Shown here: positions 25,971 to 34,609 of the stretch, in pieces
Position numbering within the stretch: position 1 is the stretch's first letter
How the letters are laid out: each line of letters opens with the position of its first letter
Virus record (IMG/VR): IMGVR_UViG_3300045988_183476
Direction: 5' to 3' (one strand)
DNA from: a virus
Length of the DNA: 43,115 nucleotides
Notes under the pieces: model-generated
Told to the model about the DNA's origin: nothing
Databases searched by the model: none
What the model saw: only the letters and a program-made list of their open reading frames with translations
Made by a program: the position numbers and the translations under genes

Positions 25971-26327
25971 CTATCCGAGTTCTCGATCGAAAAACTCTCT
26001 TAACGTACAACCATTTTTCTGCATACAATAATCTTCCATCATTTTATGGAAAAACTCTTTTTCTTCTTGGGTCAGTTTCCATTCTTTTTCTTCGCAGCTA
26101 TCGTCTCCATCAAGTATCATTAGAGCGGTTATATCTACAGGATTATCGAAATGCCAAAATGTGTAAAAATTAACCCACGCAGAAGGATCATTTCTTGTTT
26201 TTGTCCCAAAATACTTATCCACATCCATCCACAGTTCATACGTGGCTTCAATGCTTCTTTTTTCGTCATCAATAATTAGTTCATCGCAGCAATTAATTGG
26301 TTTTTTTGTAATATCTATTTCTCTCAT
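25971..26327 (-). CDS. hypothetical acidic protein (118 aa)
   Basis: AAGGAG RBS on the minus strand. Confidence 0.75.
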   Translation of the reverse strand: MREIDITKKPINCCDELIIDDEKRSIEATYELWMDVDKYFGTKTRNDPSAWVNFYTFWHFDNPVDITALMILDGDDSCEEKEWKLTQEEKEFFHKMMEDYCMQKNGCTLREFFDRELG

Positions 26328-26344
26328 AACATTTTACTCCTTAT

Positions 26345-26875
26345 TTATGACAGAAGGGATTCTTTTCTATATTTTTGTAAAGTATTCTCCACTTCATCTC
26401 CTGGTACAACTTCATAAGCATCTGTATCCGTATATGTTGTGCTTTCAAAAATCATTTCCGCTAATATCTGTTCTCTATAAGCTCCGTTTTTATAAGCATT
26501 TTCAAATTCTTTTACGGAACCATAATAAGAATTGATAATATCAATACAGTCAGCTGTATAATAATTATCCTCGGTTTTCCAGTTAGCTACATCAATTGTT
26601 CCTCGGCAGACAATATATTCATCACTTTCTGTATACCTAGCTTCTACGATTTGCCATTTTCTGTATTCAGACGGTCTTACATATTGGTAATCATCTGTTT
26701 TTATCCATTCATCGGGTATATTGACGATATAATTAACAATATCTCTATTATCAATATATGTCTTTCCTAAATTAGTATCGAAGAAAACTATTTCGTAACC
26801 ATTACCTAATACATTAGTTATTTCACCTTCTTTTCCATCAATATTAACTTCAGTTCCTATTAATTTCCTTTTCAT
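26345..26875 (-). CDS. hypothetical protein (176 aa)
   Basis: GAAAGGA RBS. Confidence 0.75.
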   Translation of the reverse strand: MKRKLIGTEVNIDGKEGEITNVLGNGYEIVFFDTNLGKTYIDNRDIVNYIVNIPDEWIKTDDYQYVRPSEYRKWQIVEARYTESDEYIVCRGTIDVANWKTEDNYYTADCIDIINSYYGSVKEFENAYKNGAYREQILAEMIFESTTYTDTDAYEVVPGDEVENTLQKYRKESLLS

Positions 26876-27007
26876 TGCTTATATCCTTTCTTCTTTTTTT
26901 TGATTTGATTACTTAGATCATACTGGAGACGATAGCCTAAATAGCTTCGCCTCCAGCTTTTTTCCTTTTATGCAAAACAAGGTTGATACCTTCTCGCACT
27001 TACGCTT

Positions 27008-27199
27008 CTATTTCTCGATACCATATAAATATGGCGCAGAAATCTCTTCTAATGATTCAACTGAGGATTCTGTATTATCCTGATATAATCGATATATTTG
27101 AATAGAATCATTTAAAAACAAATTTCTTGCTTCTTCAGCAGTTAACGGAATCATTCCAGTCCATTTGTATCCATAATTATACATTTCTCTTACATTCAT
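27008..27199 (-). CDS. hypothetical small protein (63 aa)
   Basis: ORF in the operon, weak RBS. Confidence 0.55.
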   Translation of the reverse strand: MNVREMYNYGYKWTGMIPLTAEEARNLFLNDSIQIYRLYQDNTESSVESLEEISAPYLYGIEK

Positions 27200-27219
27200 A
27201 TCTTATCTCTCTTTCTTTA

Positions 27220-28875
27220 TTACGCAAAACAAAGCTGTCCATCTGGAGCGGCTATAAATACCGAAGAAACTGTTTCTTCTTTTTTCTCTGGCCGTGTAAA
27301 TAGAATCCTCTTATCTTTAAGTTCGCTAATCAGTTCATCAATTGCTTCATTGATTCGTATTCTCTCATCGCCTCTTGGATACGCATAAATCCAATTTCCT
27401 TTTTTATCCATAGAAACATAGGTATTGCAATGTCCATTCAGATAATCATTTCGTTTATCTTCAGAAGCTAATTTATCAGAAAGATAGCAAGCAAAGGCTC
27501 TGGCGAACAATTCGCATCCAGAACTCCAATACCCATGACTATCTTTCGAATATTGTTTATCAAACTGAGTAGAATCTACATAATATTGTGTATAAATTCC
27601 ATTTTCATTGTAATGAATTCGATTCATGACTTTCCTCAAAGACTTGACATGATCGAATATCCGTCCTTCAGTAGCTAAACATGAAAATCCAGCAGACTGT
27701 CCTATTAGATGGTCTAAAGCATGAGCCCACTCATGTCCAAGAGAACCAGCCCCACGTAATCGGGTTAGATTAATCACTTCCCGTAATGGTTCATAATGTG
27801 CCGCTGCATCTCCACGTCCTCTTGCTCCAAAAGCAATCGCGAGGCTTCCACAAGATAGTCCTGGCAGGGATACACTTTTTTCGTCTATATCTAGTGCATA
27901 TGCAAGATCCGCAAAGGCATCATAAGCATAGTCTAAAGATATTTGGCGTTCGTTATTATTGGTCCAATTACCAAACTCTCCGGCTCGTATACCATACCGC
28001 TCAATCAACTCTTCACCCGTGATGTGTTTATTTTGAGGTCTCCATGTTTCTCCAGCCCTCTCCAAAGTTTCAAATTGTTTCGGCATCCATTTTTCTTTCC
28101 TTTTTCTTTTTGACACAGCCTTTTTCTCTTTAAAAACTTCTTTTTGTTTTTCTTCACAATTTTCCTGTGTCCCACAAAAAAGGATATTATGGCGCTCATC
28201 GATCAAAACATAAGTTTTATCTACAAGAACAACATTTGGTTTAGGATAACAATAATAGGTAGAACATACTGATTTATAAATAAGGATTGTTCTTCCTCTA
28301 TCCTCAGCAACAGAACATTTATCTCCGTCAATAAAGAGCACTGGAAATTGCTTTTTCATGATTTCGTCTTCTGTCATGGCAAAATTCTCTTTTCCCATTT
28401 TACGTTTCATATTAAGAAGTCCATACGCTCCTGTGTTCTTTAAAAATTTATTGCCGTTAAGAATATTTTCAAAAGGAGCAATATATTCATAAGCACGTCC
28501 ATATTTTTTCTGTAAAAACACTCCGTCAAGAGCTTTTTGTTCAAAATCAGAAATTTCTTTTTCCGTTTTGACTGCTTCAACCATAGAACGTATTTTACGG
28601 ACACCATTGATATATTCTTCCGCAGAAATATAATTATTCTTTTTTGGGGTTACTGTTTTCCGCATTTCGTTGTGCCAGTAAACGATAAAGCGGGAAAAAC
28701 CTTTCTCTAATTCATCCTGTGTATCTGGTTTTGGCCAGATATAATCTCGTTTTATGTATTTTTCTTTTTCAGAAGCTGTCATGTTTTTTGTATCTTCTAT
28801 ACACAAACCTCTTTTTACCCATACATCTTTTCTTGCTCCACCGATTTTTGATCCAAAGTCATGAATTGTTTTCAT
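27220..28875 (-). CDS. LPD1-like zincin metallopeptidase-fold protein of the polyvalent-protein type
   Basis: AGGAGG RBS; GEFGNWTNNNERQ...LAIAFGARGRGDAAAHYEP...INLTRLRGAGSLGHEWAHALDH (HExxH) ...ELFARAF. Confidence 0.8.
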   Translation of the reverse strand: MKTIHDFGSKIGGARKDVWVKRGLCIEDTKNMTASEKEKYIKRDYIWPKPDTQDELEKGFSRFIVYWHNEMRKTVTPKKNNYISAEEYINGVRKIRSMVEAVKTEKEISDFEQKALDGVFLQKKYGRAYEYIAPFENILNGNKFLKNTGAYGLLNMKRKMGKENFAMTEDEIMKKQFPVLFIDGDKCSVAEDRGRTILIYKSVCSTYYCYPKPNVVLVDKTYVLIDERHNILFCGTQENCEEKQKEVFKEKKAVSKRKRKEKWMPKQFETLERAGETWRPQNKHITGEELIERYGIRAGEFGNWTNNNERQISLDYAYDAFADLAYALDIDEKSVSLPGLSCGSLAIAFGARGRGDAAAHYEPLREVINLTRLRGAGSLGHEWAHALDHLIGQSAGFSCLATEGRIFDHVKSLRKVMNRIHYNENGIYTQYYVDSTQFDKQYSKDSHGYWSSGCELFARAFACYLSDKLASEDKRNDYLNGHCNTYVSMDKKGNWIYAYPRGDERIRINEAIDELISELKDKRILFTRPEKKEETVSSVFIAAPDGQLCFA

Positions 28876-28910
28876 AAAATTTTCCTCCTGTTATCTTTCA
28901 TATTCTAAGT

Positions 28911-28975
28911 TGGACAATGACTATATTTAAAACCTCCCTTTCGTCAATAATCTTATCCATTATTAATATGAGTTA
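28911..28975 (-). promoter_or_regulatory. leader module i (only minus-strand copy), head of the 28875..25971 operon
   Basis: minus strand: CTCATATTAATAATGGATAAGATTATTGACGAAAGGGAGGTTTTAAATATAGTCATTGTCCAA; TGGATAA/TTGTCCA (one U-G), TGAC/GTCA. Confidence 0.55.
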
Positions 28976-29054
28976 TCAGATAAGAGAATAAAATGATGAT
29001 GGAAAACGGAAGACATCTAAGGATTACTATATTTTTTATTAGATGCATCAATCA

Positions 29055-29120
29055 GTCATACTTTTTTTTGAACAGAAGTAATGACGAAAAGGAGGTATAA
29101 AATTTATAGTCAGTTCTGTT
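29055..29120 (+). promoter_or_regulatory. leader module d
   Basis: GTCATACT then AACAGAA/TTCTGTT, TGAC/GTCA, loop GAAAAGGAGGTATAAAA. Confidence 0.55.
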
Positions 29121-29156
29121 TTATATGCAAGACAAGATTTTAGGAGGAAAACAATT

Positions 29157-29960
29157 ATGATGATTAAAACATTGGATAACGTATATATCAATATGGAAGA
29201 TTTTTCGGGTTTCACAATTGGATATCCGAATGACTCTGATTTTACTGTAATGGCTATGAAAGAACTGGTTGACAATCAGACAGCAACGATTGAACTTGGA
29301 AGATATCCGTCAGAAAAAGAAGCAAAAGATGCTTTAAAAAAAATGATAGAGCATCAAGACGATATTAAAAAAGCCGAATTTTTTGGAAGAGAAGAAGGGT
29401 TTTATTACATTTCTAATGTCTTCACAATGCCTAAACCATCAAAAAATGGAAAAGCAGATGTAAAGCGGTTTATGATTGAAGGACGGGAATATACGGTACC
29501 ATTAAAAGTTATCAATGAAATCCATCGTCAGGATATGATTGATTATGGCAAAAATATCGCAGAAAATCGTGAAGTTACTTATACAATGCTTATGATTGAT
29601 TCAAACTGGAAAGGTAATGATGAATTTTATTATACCCTTGCCTCTATGGTCGAAAATTATGTAGATTCAACTGCAGCAGAAGATAAAGCTATTGATATTT
29701 TAAAAAGAGATGTGAAAAAGGAACAAGAAGAAAAAATGTTAAGGGAAAAAGAAAATTTTGTCGTAAAATATCTTTTAGAATTTGCCACCCTTGAAGAAAG
29801 AAATCAGTTTATGGGAAAAAATCCAAATAATGTTTGTCTATATGATGAGTCTGAAATCCGGGACACGATTGCACAAATGCCAGAAGATATATTCTTAGAT
29901 TTCTATGGCACGTTCAAGTTCCTCTATGACGAGGATGAGACATCTCAGGAGGGAAAATAG
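29157..29960 (+). CDS. hypothetical protein (267 aa)
   Basis: AGGAGG RBS. Confidence 0.8.
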   Translation: MMIKTLDNVYINMEDFSGFTIGYPNDSDFTVMAMKELVDNQTATIELGRYPSEKEAKDALKKMIEHQDDIKKAEFFGREEGFYYISNVFTMPKPSKNGKADVKRFMIEGREYTVPLKVINEIHRQDMIDYGKNIAENREVTYTMLMIDSNWKGNDEFYYTLASMVENYVDSTAAEDKAIDILKRDVKKEQEEKMLREKENFVVKYLLEFATLEERNQFMGKNPNNVCLYDESEIRDTIAQMPEDIFLDFYGTFKFLYDEDETSQEGK

Positions 29961-30434
29961 ATGGCTAGATATAGATTTAAAATCAATACAGACAGCTACA
30001 AATGTAAAAGATGTAGTAAGAAAAACTGGGGACCCGGAACAATGAATGATTATATGCTTGCGATAAACGGCATTACGCGAACAATTTATACGAAAAGAGA
30101 ACTTATATGGCAGTTAGAGTTGTTTCGTGGACAATCTTTCTTGTTGTCAGAGTACGATAGTAATAATCCTGAAGAAAATTTTGGGTTATCAAATCGATAT
30201 GTCAAATTTTTAAAGAAGAATACAATCAAATATTATGACAGATTATGCGGCTTTGAAAGACAGCAGTATTTGTCCGGATACGGATTTATGCAAGGATATT
30301 TTGACATCGACAAGGTCTTAGATCTGCTAAAGAAAGAAGGTTCTGTAAAAGTTCCTTTTTCTTGGCTCTACGATATCCGTCAATATGATAAATGCATGGA
30401 CGGATGCTATATGGAAATCACAAAAGTTGCGTAA
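29961..30434 (+). CDS. hypothetical protein (157 aa)
   Basis: ATG abuts upstream TAG. Confidence 0.7.
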   Translation: MARYRFKINTDSYKCKRCSKKNWGPGTMNDYMLAINGITRTIYTKRELIWQLELFRGQSFLLSEYDSNNPEENFGLSNRYVKFLKKNTIKYYDRLCGFERQQYLSGYGFMQGYFDIDKVLDLLKKEGSVKVPFSWLYDIRQYDKCMDGCYMEITKVA

Positions 30435-30447
30435 AGGAGAACATATA

Positions 30448-30756
30448 ATGAAAAAAGAACATTCAAAATATCAATGGATCATCGGAATCTGTTGTTCTGA
30501 AAACGATGGCGTTAAACTCTATAAGTATACAGGTACAGTAAAGAAAATGAAAAAACAATTACTTCGTCTTATCAAAGAAGATAAAAAGAATGATAAAGAA
30601 AATTGGGAATCCGGAAGCGAAACTGTAGCTGAAATAAGTGATGAGTCAAATGGTGAAGAAACGTGTTTTTATGGATATGGATCTTATTCGTATTATCATA
30701 TTGATTATATGGCAGAAAGAGTATCGAATATCGAAGAATTAAGCAATTGCGAATAA
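30448..30756 (+). CDS. hypothetical protein (102 aa)
   Basis: AAGGAGA RBS before the ATG at 30448. Confidence 0.75.
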   Translation: MKKEHSKYQWIIGICCSENDGVKLYKYTGTVKKMKKQLLRLIKEDKKNDKENWESGSETVAEISDESNGEETCFYGYGSYSYYHIDYMAERVSNIEELSNCE

Positions 30757-30770
30757 GGAGGAGTTCTATT

Positions 30771-30836
30771 TTGTATACATTAGATGAAGTTAAACAGGAA
30801 ATTAAAGAATATGTAGAGATCATATTGTTTCAATAG
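30771..30836 (+). pseudogene. 5' gene remnant (21 codons) cut off by a repeat module
   Basis: AAGGAGGAG RBS + TTG start, LYTLDEVKQEIKEYVEIILFQ*, then the module shared with 3963-4010. Confidence 0.3.
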
Positions 30837-30883
30837 AACATCTTTTCATAAAATCCGACCGACTGGCAAGAAATTAGAAATAC

Positions 30884-30930
30884 TTATACAGAAAAATCAG
30901 ATAAGTAAGGTTTCTGTCATACTATATAAG
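30884..30930 (+). promoter_or_regulatory. P-module promoter P6
   Basis: -35-like TCAGAT 30897-30902, 17-nt spacer, -10 TACTAT 30920-30925, then AAGGGAGG. Confidence 0.5.
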
Positions 30931-31029
30931 AAGGGAGGATAAGCTTTATTCGCTCAATTAACAGAGCAGGAGGAATTTGAGGCTTTATCTGATGTGATTA
31001 TTGCAAACAAACGGAGAGGAGTGGAGACA

Positions 31030-31224
31030 ATGATGTGTACTTTTACTCAAGAACTGGTAGATCAGGGATTAATTAAAGGTGAAAAGCTTGGTATTGAGAA
31101 GGAAAAGAAAAACACCATTATCAGAATGCTTAAATTTGGTTTAGATGATAATGACATAAGTACACTTTCTGATGTTCCTTTGGCAACTGTAAAAGAAATC
31201 AGGTTGCAGATAACAGTCGATTAA
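31030..31224 (+). CDS. Rpn-family (YhgA-like) C-terminal tail-like small protein, probable gene fragment
   Basis: GGAGTGGAG RBS; ...QELVDQGLIKGEKLGIEKEKKNTIIRMLKFGLDDNDISTLSDVPLATVKEI resembles the C-terminal tail of Rpn recombination-promoting nucleases. Confidence 0.5.
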   Translation: MMCTFTQELVDQGLIKGEKLGIEKEKKNTIIRMLKFGLDDNDISTLSDVPLATVKEIRLQITVD

Positions 31225-31236
31225 GAAAATAGAAAA
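31166..31236 (+). repeat. direct repeat DR-L (3' end of 31030..31224)
   Basis: TTTCTGATGTTCCTTTGGCAACTGTAAAAGAAAT...GATTAAGAAAAT repeated exactly 400 bp downstream. Confidence 0.7.
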
Positions 31237-31266
31237 TTATAAATTATAATAGGAAGGGGAAAAAAT

Positions 31267-31554
31267 ATGGATTGCAAATATACAGCATATGATAGAATCA
31301 TTCATATTACAGAAAAATTACCAAAAGATAAGATTTCAGAAGCGATTGAGATCATACAGGAAGATAGATTCCAGGATTTATTGGATTTTTGCGTAGAGCA
31401 GAATTGCTTTACACAGGCTCAGGCAACCACATTGTATGATTTTACTATTGTTTTTGACTCTTTGGATGATAATTATTCTGAATTTGATCGTCAAAAATTA
31501 CTTACATTGTATGACGCAATTGGTATACCAGAAGATATGCAGGCTGCAATATAG
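31267..31554 (+). CDS. small acidic hypothetical protein (95 aa)
   Basis: GGAAGGGG RBS. Confidence 0.75.
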   Translation: MDCKYTAYDRIIHITEKLPKDKISEAIEIIQEDRFQDLLDFCVEQNCFTQAQATTLYDFTIVFDSLDDNYSEFDRQKLLTLYDAIGIPEDMQAAI

Positions 31555-31565
31555 TGTGAGTGCAT

Positions 31566-31636
31566 TTTCTGATGTTCCTTTGGCAACTGTAAAAGAAATT
31601 AGATCACAAATAACAGATTAAGAAAATTGAAAACAG
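31566..31636 (+). repeat. direct repeat DR-R (start-less copy of the Rpn-tail 3' end)
   Basis: matches 31166-31236 with a few substitutions. Confidence 0.7.
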
Positions 31637-31651
31637 GTCATGACTATAAAA

Positions 31652-31677
31652 AGGCTGCTTTGAGCGGCCTTTTTTAT
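31652..31677 (+). terminator. intrinsic terminator
   Basis: AGGCTGCT/AGCGGCCT stem followed by TTTTTT. Confidence 0.65.
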
Positions 31678-31689
31678 TTCTCTATCCAA

Positions 31690-31756
31690 AAAATCATTTT
31701 ATTATTGGATAAATTTATTGACGAATAGGAGGTATGAAAAGATAGTCATTATCCAA
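31690..31756 (+). promoter_or_regulatory. leader module e
   Basis: TTGGATAA/TTATCCAA lower stem, ATTTAT bulge, TGAC/GTCA, loop GAATAGGAGGTATGAAAA. Confidence 0.55.
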
Positions 31757-31797
31757 GTATATTGATGAAACAGGATTTTTATAAAAAGGAGAAAAAC

Positions 31798-32553
31798 ATG
31801 AAAATAGGAGATGTTGTAAAGAGTAGAAGAACAGGTCAGAAATATAGGGTTGTTGAAGTGAATAAAAAACATAAATGCGCTTATGTTTGTGTTCCTGTTA
31901 ATCCAGAGAGATATACTTTTTTTGATAATGAGGTTACAGCTGCAACGGATAAGTCATGGGAAGGACGTGCTATTCAAAATATTAAAAAATTAGATGAAAA
32001 TACACCGGAAGGTTGTATCATCGACTCAGATACTATTCTTGCTGATTTACTAGAAAAATGTAACTATCAGGAAACGGGACTTGCCCACGAAATCTTTGAT
32101 ATTTATAAGAGCAGCGCAGATAAAGAGGCTGTAAAAAAATTATTCTATGCTTTTACAGATATGGAGTTTGATTCATATTTAGGTACCTGCATAAAGATGA
32201 TCACCAGACGCAAGAATACGCGCATTAATTATCTCTATAGAGATGCGTCAAATTATAAGAAGCACAATGAGGTAATTATACCAGGGACCTTTACGGAAGA
32301 GCAGATACATACAATTATTGATTGTGTGCAAGGTGGAGAGTATTTCATTCCCAGCGAAGTTAATTTGCCGGAAATTAGATTTGAGGACAGAACAGAAGCA
32401 GATCATCCGTGGTTCGAACTAGATGAAGATGGATTCGAAGAAACGGAAGCGAAAGCAAACTGCTATATTTCACCAGAAGACTTAGTTAAGTTATTTTTGG
32501 AAAGAAAAAAAGCATGGCAGGATGAATTTTATGTACCAGCTGATTGGATGTAA
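31798..32553 (+). CDS. hypothetical protein (251 aa)
   Basis: AAAGGAG RBS before the ATG at 31798. Confidence 0.8.
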   Translation: MKIGDVVKSRRTGQKYRVVEVNKKHKCAYVCVPVNPERYTFFDNEVTAATDKSWEGRAIQNIKKLDENTPEGCIIDSDTILADLLEKCNYQETGLAHEIFDIYKSSADKEAVKKLFYAFTDMEFDSYLGTCIKMITRRKNTRINYLYRDASNYKKHNEVIIPGTFTEEQIHTIIDCVQGGEYFIPSEVNLPEIRFEDRTEADHPWFELDEDGFEETEAKANCYISPEDLVKLFLERKKAWQDEFYVPADWM

Positions 32554-32568
32554 ACGAAAGGATTAGAT

Positions 32569-33021
32569 ATGGCGGCAGATTATAATACAAAAATAAATTT
32601 TCATTATAGCAGTAAGCATATGATACACGAAAAAGATGTTTATCCACCATTATTGGAACTTATTAAAGAAAGTAATGGGGAAATGTTATTTGTCGATCCT
32701 GATGATGAGCGTTTTTCAAAAAAAGAACTTGAGCGGATGATGGAAGAGATTCTTTTAATACATGACTCATTATCTTTTGTTGTTGATATTAATTTAGATG
32801 AAAATGCAGATTATAAGGTATGTATTTATGAAGATGCATCAAAATTAATTTATAATGATGAAAGTTTGGAAAAAGCTCTTCCTAAACCATGGGAATCAGA
32901 AAAAAATATTTGGTTATTTCTACAAGATCATCAAGAGCCAAAATGGAGAAAGCTCATCCGAAAAAATCATAGAATCCAAAAAGTTTGGAATCAGCGAACT
33001 ATGCTAACTGTTCCATTATAA
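32569..33021 (+). CDS. hypothetical protein (150 aa)
   Basis: AAAGGA RBS. Confidence 0.75.
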   Translation: MAADYNTKINFHYSSKHMIHEKDVYPPLLELIKESNGEMLFVDPDDERFSKKELERMMEEILLIHDSLSFVVDINLDENADYKVCIYEDASKLIYNDESLEKALPKPWESEKNIWLFLQDHQEPKWRKLIRKNHRIQKVWNQRTMLTVPL

Positions 33022-33048
33022 ACAGTTACTACATAAAGGAGATATAAA

Positions 33049-33114
33049 ATGAATAAAGAAGAATTTTTTGGATTCGAAAAGTTTATCTGTAAATTTATCA
33101 ACTATTCCGGCTGA
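33049..33114 (+). pseudogene. 5' gene remnant (21 codons) fused to an R tail
   Basis: AAGGAGA RBS, MNKEEFFGFEKFICKFINYSG*, the last codons lie in CCGGCTGAGGATTAAAATAA (33107-33126). Confidence 0.35.
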
Positions 33115-33146
33115 GGATTAAAATAATATATGACTATCTTTTTTAG

Positions 33147-33172
33147 AGGCTACCGTTAGGTGGCCTTTTTTG
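33147..33172 (+). terminator. intrinsic terminator
   Basis: AGGCTACC/GGTGGCCT stem followed by TTTTTTG. Confidence 0.65.
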
Positions 33173-33198
33173 TACCCAATATTTTATTCTTTCTCTAA

Positions 33199-33268
33199 AA
33201 TCTCATATTACTATTAGACAAATTTATTGACGAAAAGGAGGAAGTGAAAGATTTAGTCATTGTCCTAA
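33199..33268 (+). promoter_or_regulatory. leader module f
   Basis: CTCATATTACTAT then TTAGACAA/TTGTCCTAA, ATTTAT bulge, TGAC/GTCA, loop GAAAAGGAGGAAGTGAAA. Confidence 0.55.
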
Positions 33269-33288
33269 ATAATCTAGGAGGAAATTTT

Positions 33289-33789
33289 ATGAAACAAAAT
33301 GAAAATATTTTATCTACTGCCACAGTAAAACTGCTTACTATGAAAGAGCTACATTCTGTTAGATTCATGGATGTTGTCTCAGATTTTTATGTTGAACAAT
33401 GGCTGGAAGAAAACACGGATTATGCATGGGGTATTTTTAAAAATGAAACAGATGAATTGATGGGGTATTGTACAATAGGTTGCGCTGATGATACAAGTGA
33501 TATTATTGAAAAACATCCTGAACATACGGATGATTCACTTTTACTCAGCGATGTATATATCAAACCTCAATTCCGGAATAAAGGTTATGGAATAAAACTA
33601 ATTACAGAAGTTATCCGTAAGCGTTGGGAATTAGATGGAAATAAAAATACAGTGTATCTGGTAACAATGTATGACAAATTAATGTATTTTTATGGGAAAA
33701 TTGGATTTAAGCCGTTAAATGATACAGATGGAAAGTTTTACGGAGATATGGTTTTATCTATTGACGAGTTTAAAGATTATCCAAAATAA
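33289..33789 (+). CDS. GNAT family N-acetyltransferase
   Basis: AGGAGG RBS before the ATG at 33289; IKPQFRNKGYGIKLITEVI (Q/R-x-x-G-x-G/A motif A). Confidence 0.8.
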   Translation: MKQNENILSTATVKLLTMKELHSVRFMDVVSDFYVEQWLEENTDYAWGIFKNETDELMGYCTIGCADDTSDIIEKHPEHTDDSLLLSDVYIKPQFRNKGYGIKLITEVIRKRWELDGNKNTVYLVTMYDKLMYFYGKIGFKPLNDTDGKFYGDMVLSIDEFKDYPK

Positions 33790-33816
33790 ATGTAAAAGTG
33801 AGGAGAATTAAAAAAA

Positions 33817-34380
33817 ATGAAATTATGGACAGTACAGCCTCAAGAAGTTATTAGTATCATTGAAAAAACAGGTGAATTCATCTGTGATGAGACTAAATCC
33901 GACAAGGATTTTCGCAAAGCATATGAGTGGATAGCAAAAGAGATGGATAAACGACATATTGTTCATCCAGAAGGTTTAGTGTTACCGCTCTGGGCTTGGC
34001 ATACAAGAGACTGGAAGCATAAAAAACCAGATCTTAGAAATATCGGACTTGGTACACCGGGCGAAAAATCTGTATGTATTGAGTTTGAGATTGATGATTT
34101 GCAAGTTTTGTTATCCGACTTTTTCGCCTGGCATTCTGTTTTAAATGGCGGTTTTTATAACGACAGTCATACAGAGGCTGAGTGGAACGAAAAAGATGCA
34201 TGGTATGAAGCATTATCAGGCAAGCAAAAGGGAATTGAAACCTTAAAAAGCTGGCAGAAAGTATTTAATGTAAATGCTTTTGAAAATGAATTTTGTCAAA
34301 ATGGACGCTATATCCAAGCTGTGTTTTGGAAACTCTCGAAAGATATGGTAACTGATATTCGTTACTTCACAGCGAGATAA
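33817..34380 (+). CDS. DUF3841-like protein
   Basis: GAGGAG RBS; MKLWTVQPQEV...AYEWIAKEM...LPLWAWH pattern recalled for DUF3841. Confidence 0.7.
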   Translation: MKLWTVQPQEVISIIEKTGEFICDETKSDKDFRKAYEWIAKEMDKRHIVHPEGLVLPLWAWHTRDWKHKKPDLRNIGLGTPGEKSVCIEFEIDDLQVLLSDFFAWHSVLNGGFYNDSHTEAEWNEKDAWYEALSGKQKGIETLKSWQKVFNVNAFENEFCQNGRYIQAVFWKLSKDMVTDIRYFTAR

Positions 34381-34392
34381 CAAGGGGGGATC

Positions 34393-34575
34393 ATGAACGA
34401 TAAACAGAAATTTATAAAAGATCTATTTACCACTCTAATAATCACCATAATATGGTGCTTTATCTGGATGATATTGGAAATCTTGATTGACGGGTACACT
34501 ACTGACAGAACGGTAGATAATATCATGACATTGATATTAATGCCATTCATTTACAGATGTGTTTCTAAGCGATAA
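34393..34575 (+). CDS. small membrane protein (60 aa)
   Basis: GGGGGG RBS; one or two hydrophobic helices. Confidence 0.6.
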   Translation: MNDKQKFIKDLFTTLIITIIWCFIWMILEILIDGYTTDRTVDNIMTLILMPFIYRCVSKR

Positions 34576-34609
34576 TTTGTTTCTTTGTAGCGAGATAACA
34601 GGAGAAAAA

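Noticed and set aside
26898-26975. Possible + strand antisense sRNA (ATCATACT motif, then hairpin CTGGAGACGA.../...TCGCCTCCAG followed by a T-run) inside the minus-strand operon
   Set aside because: The -35/-10 spacing does not fit (13-15 nt), it is a single occurrence, and it could equally be a bidirectional terminator or insulator. The evidence is too weak to call.
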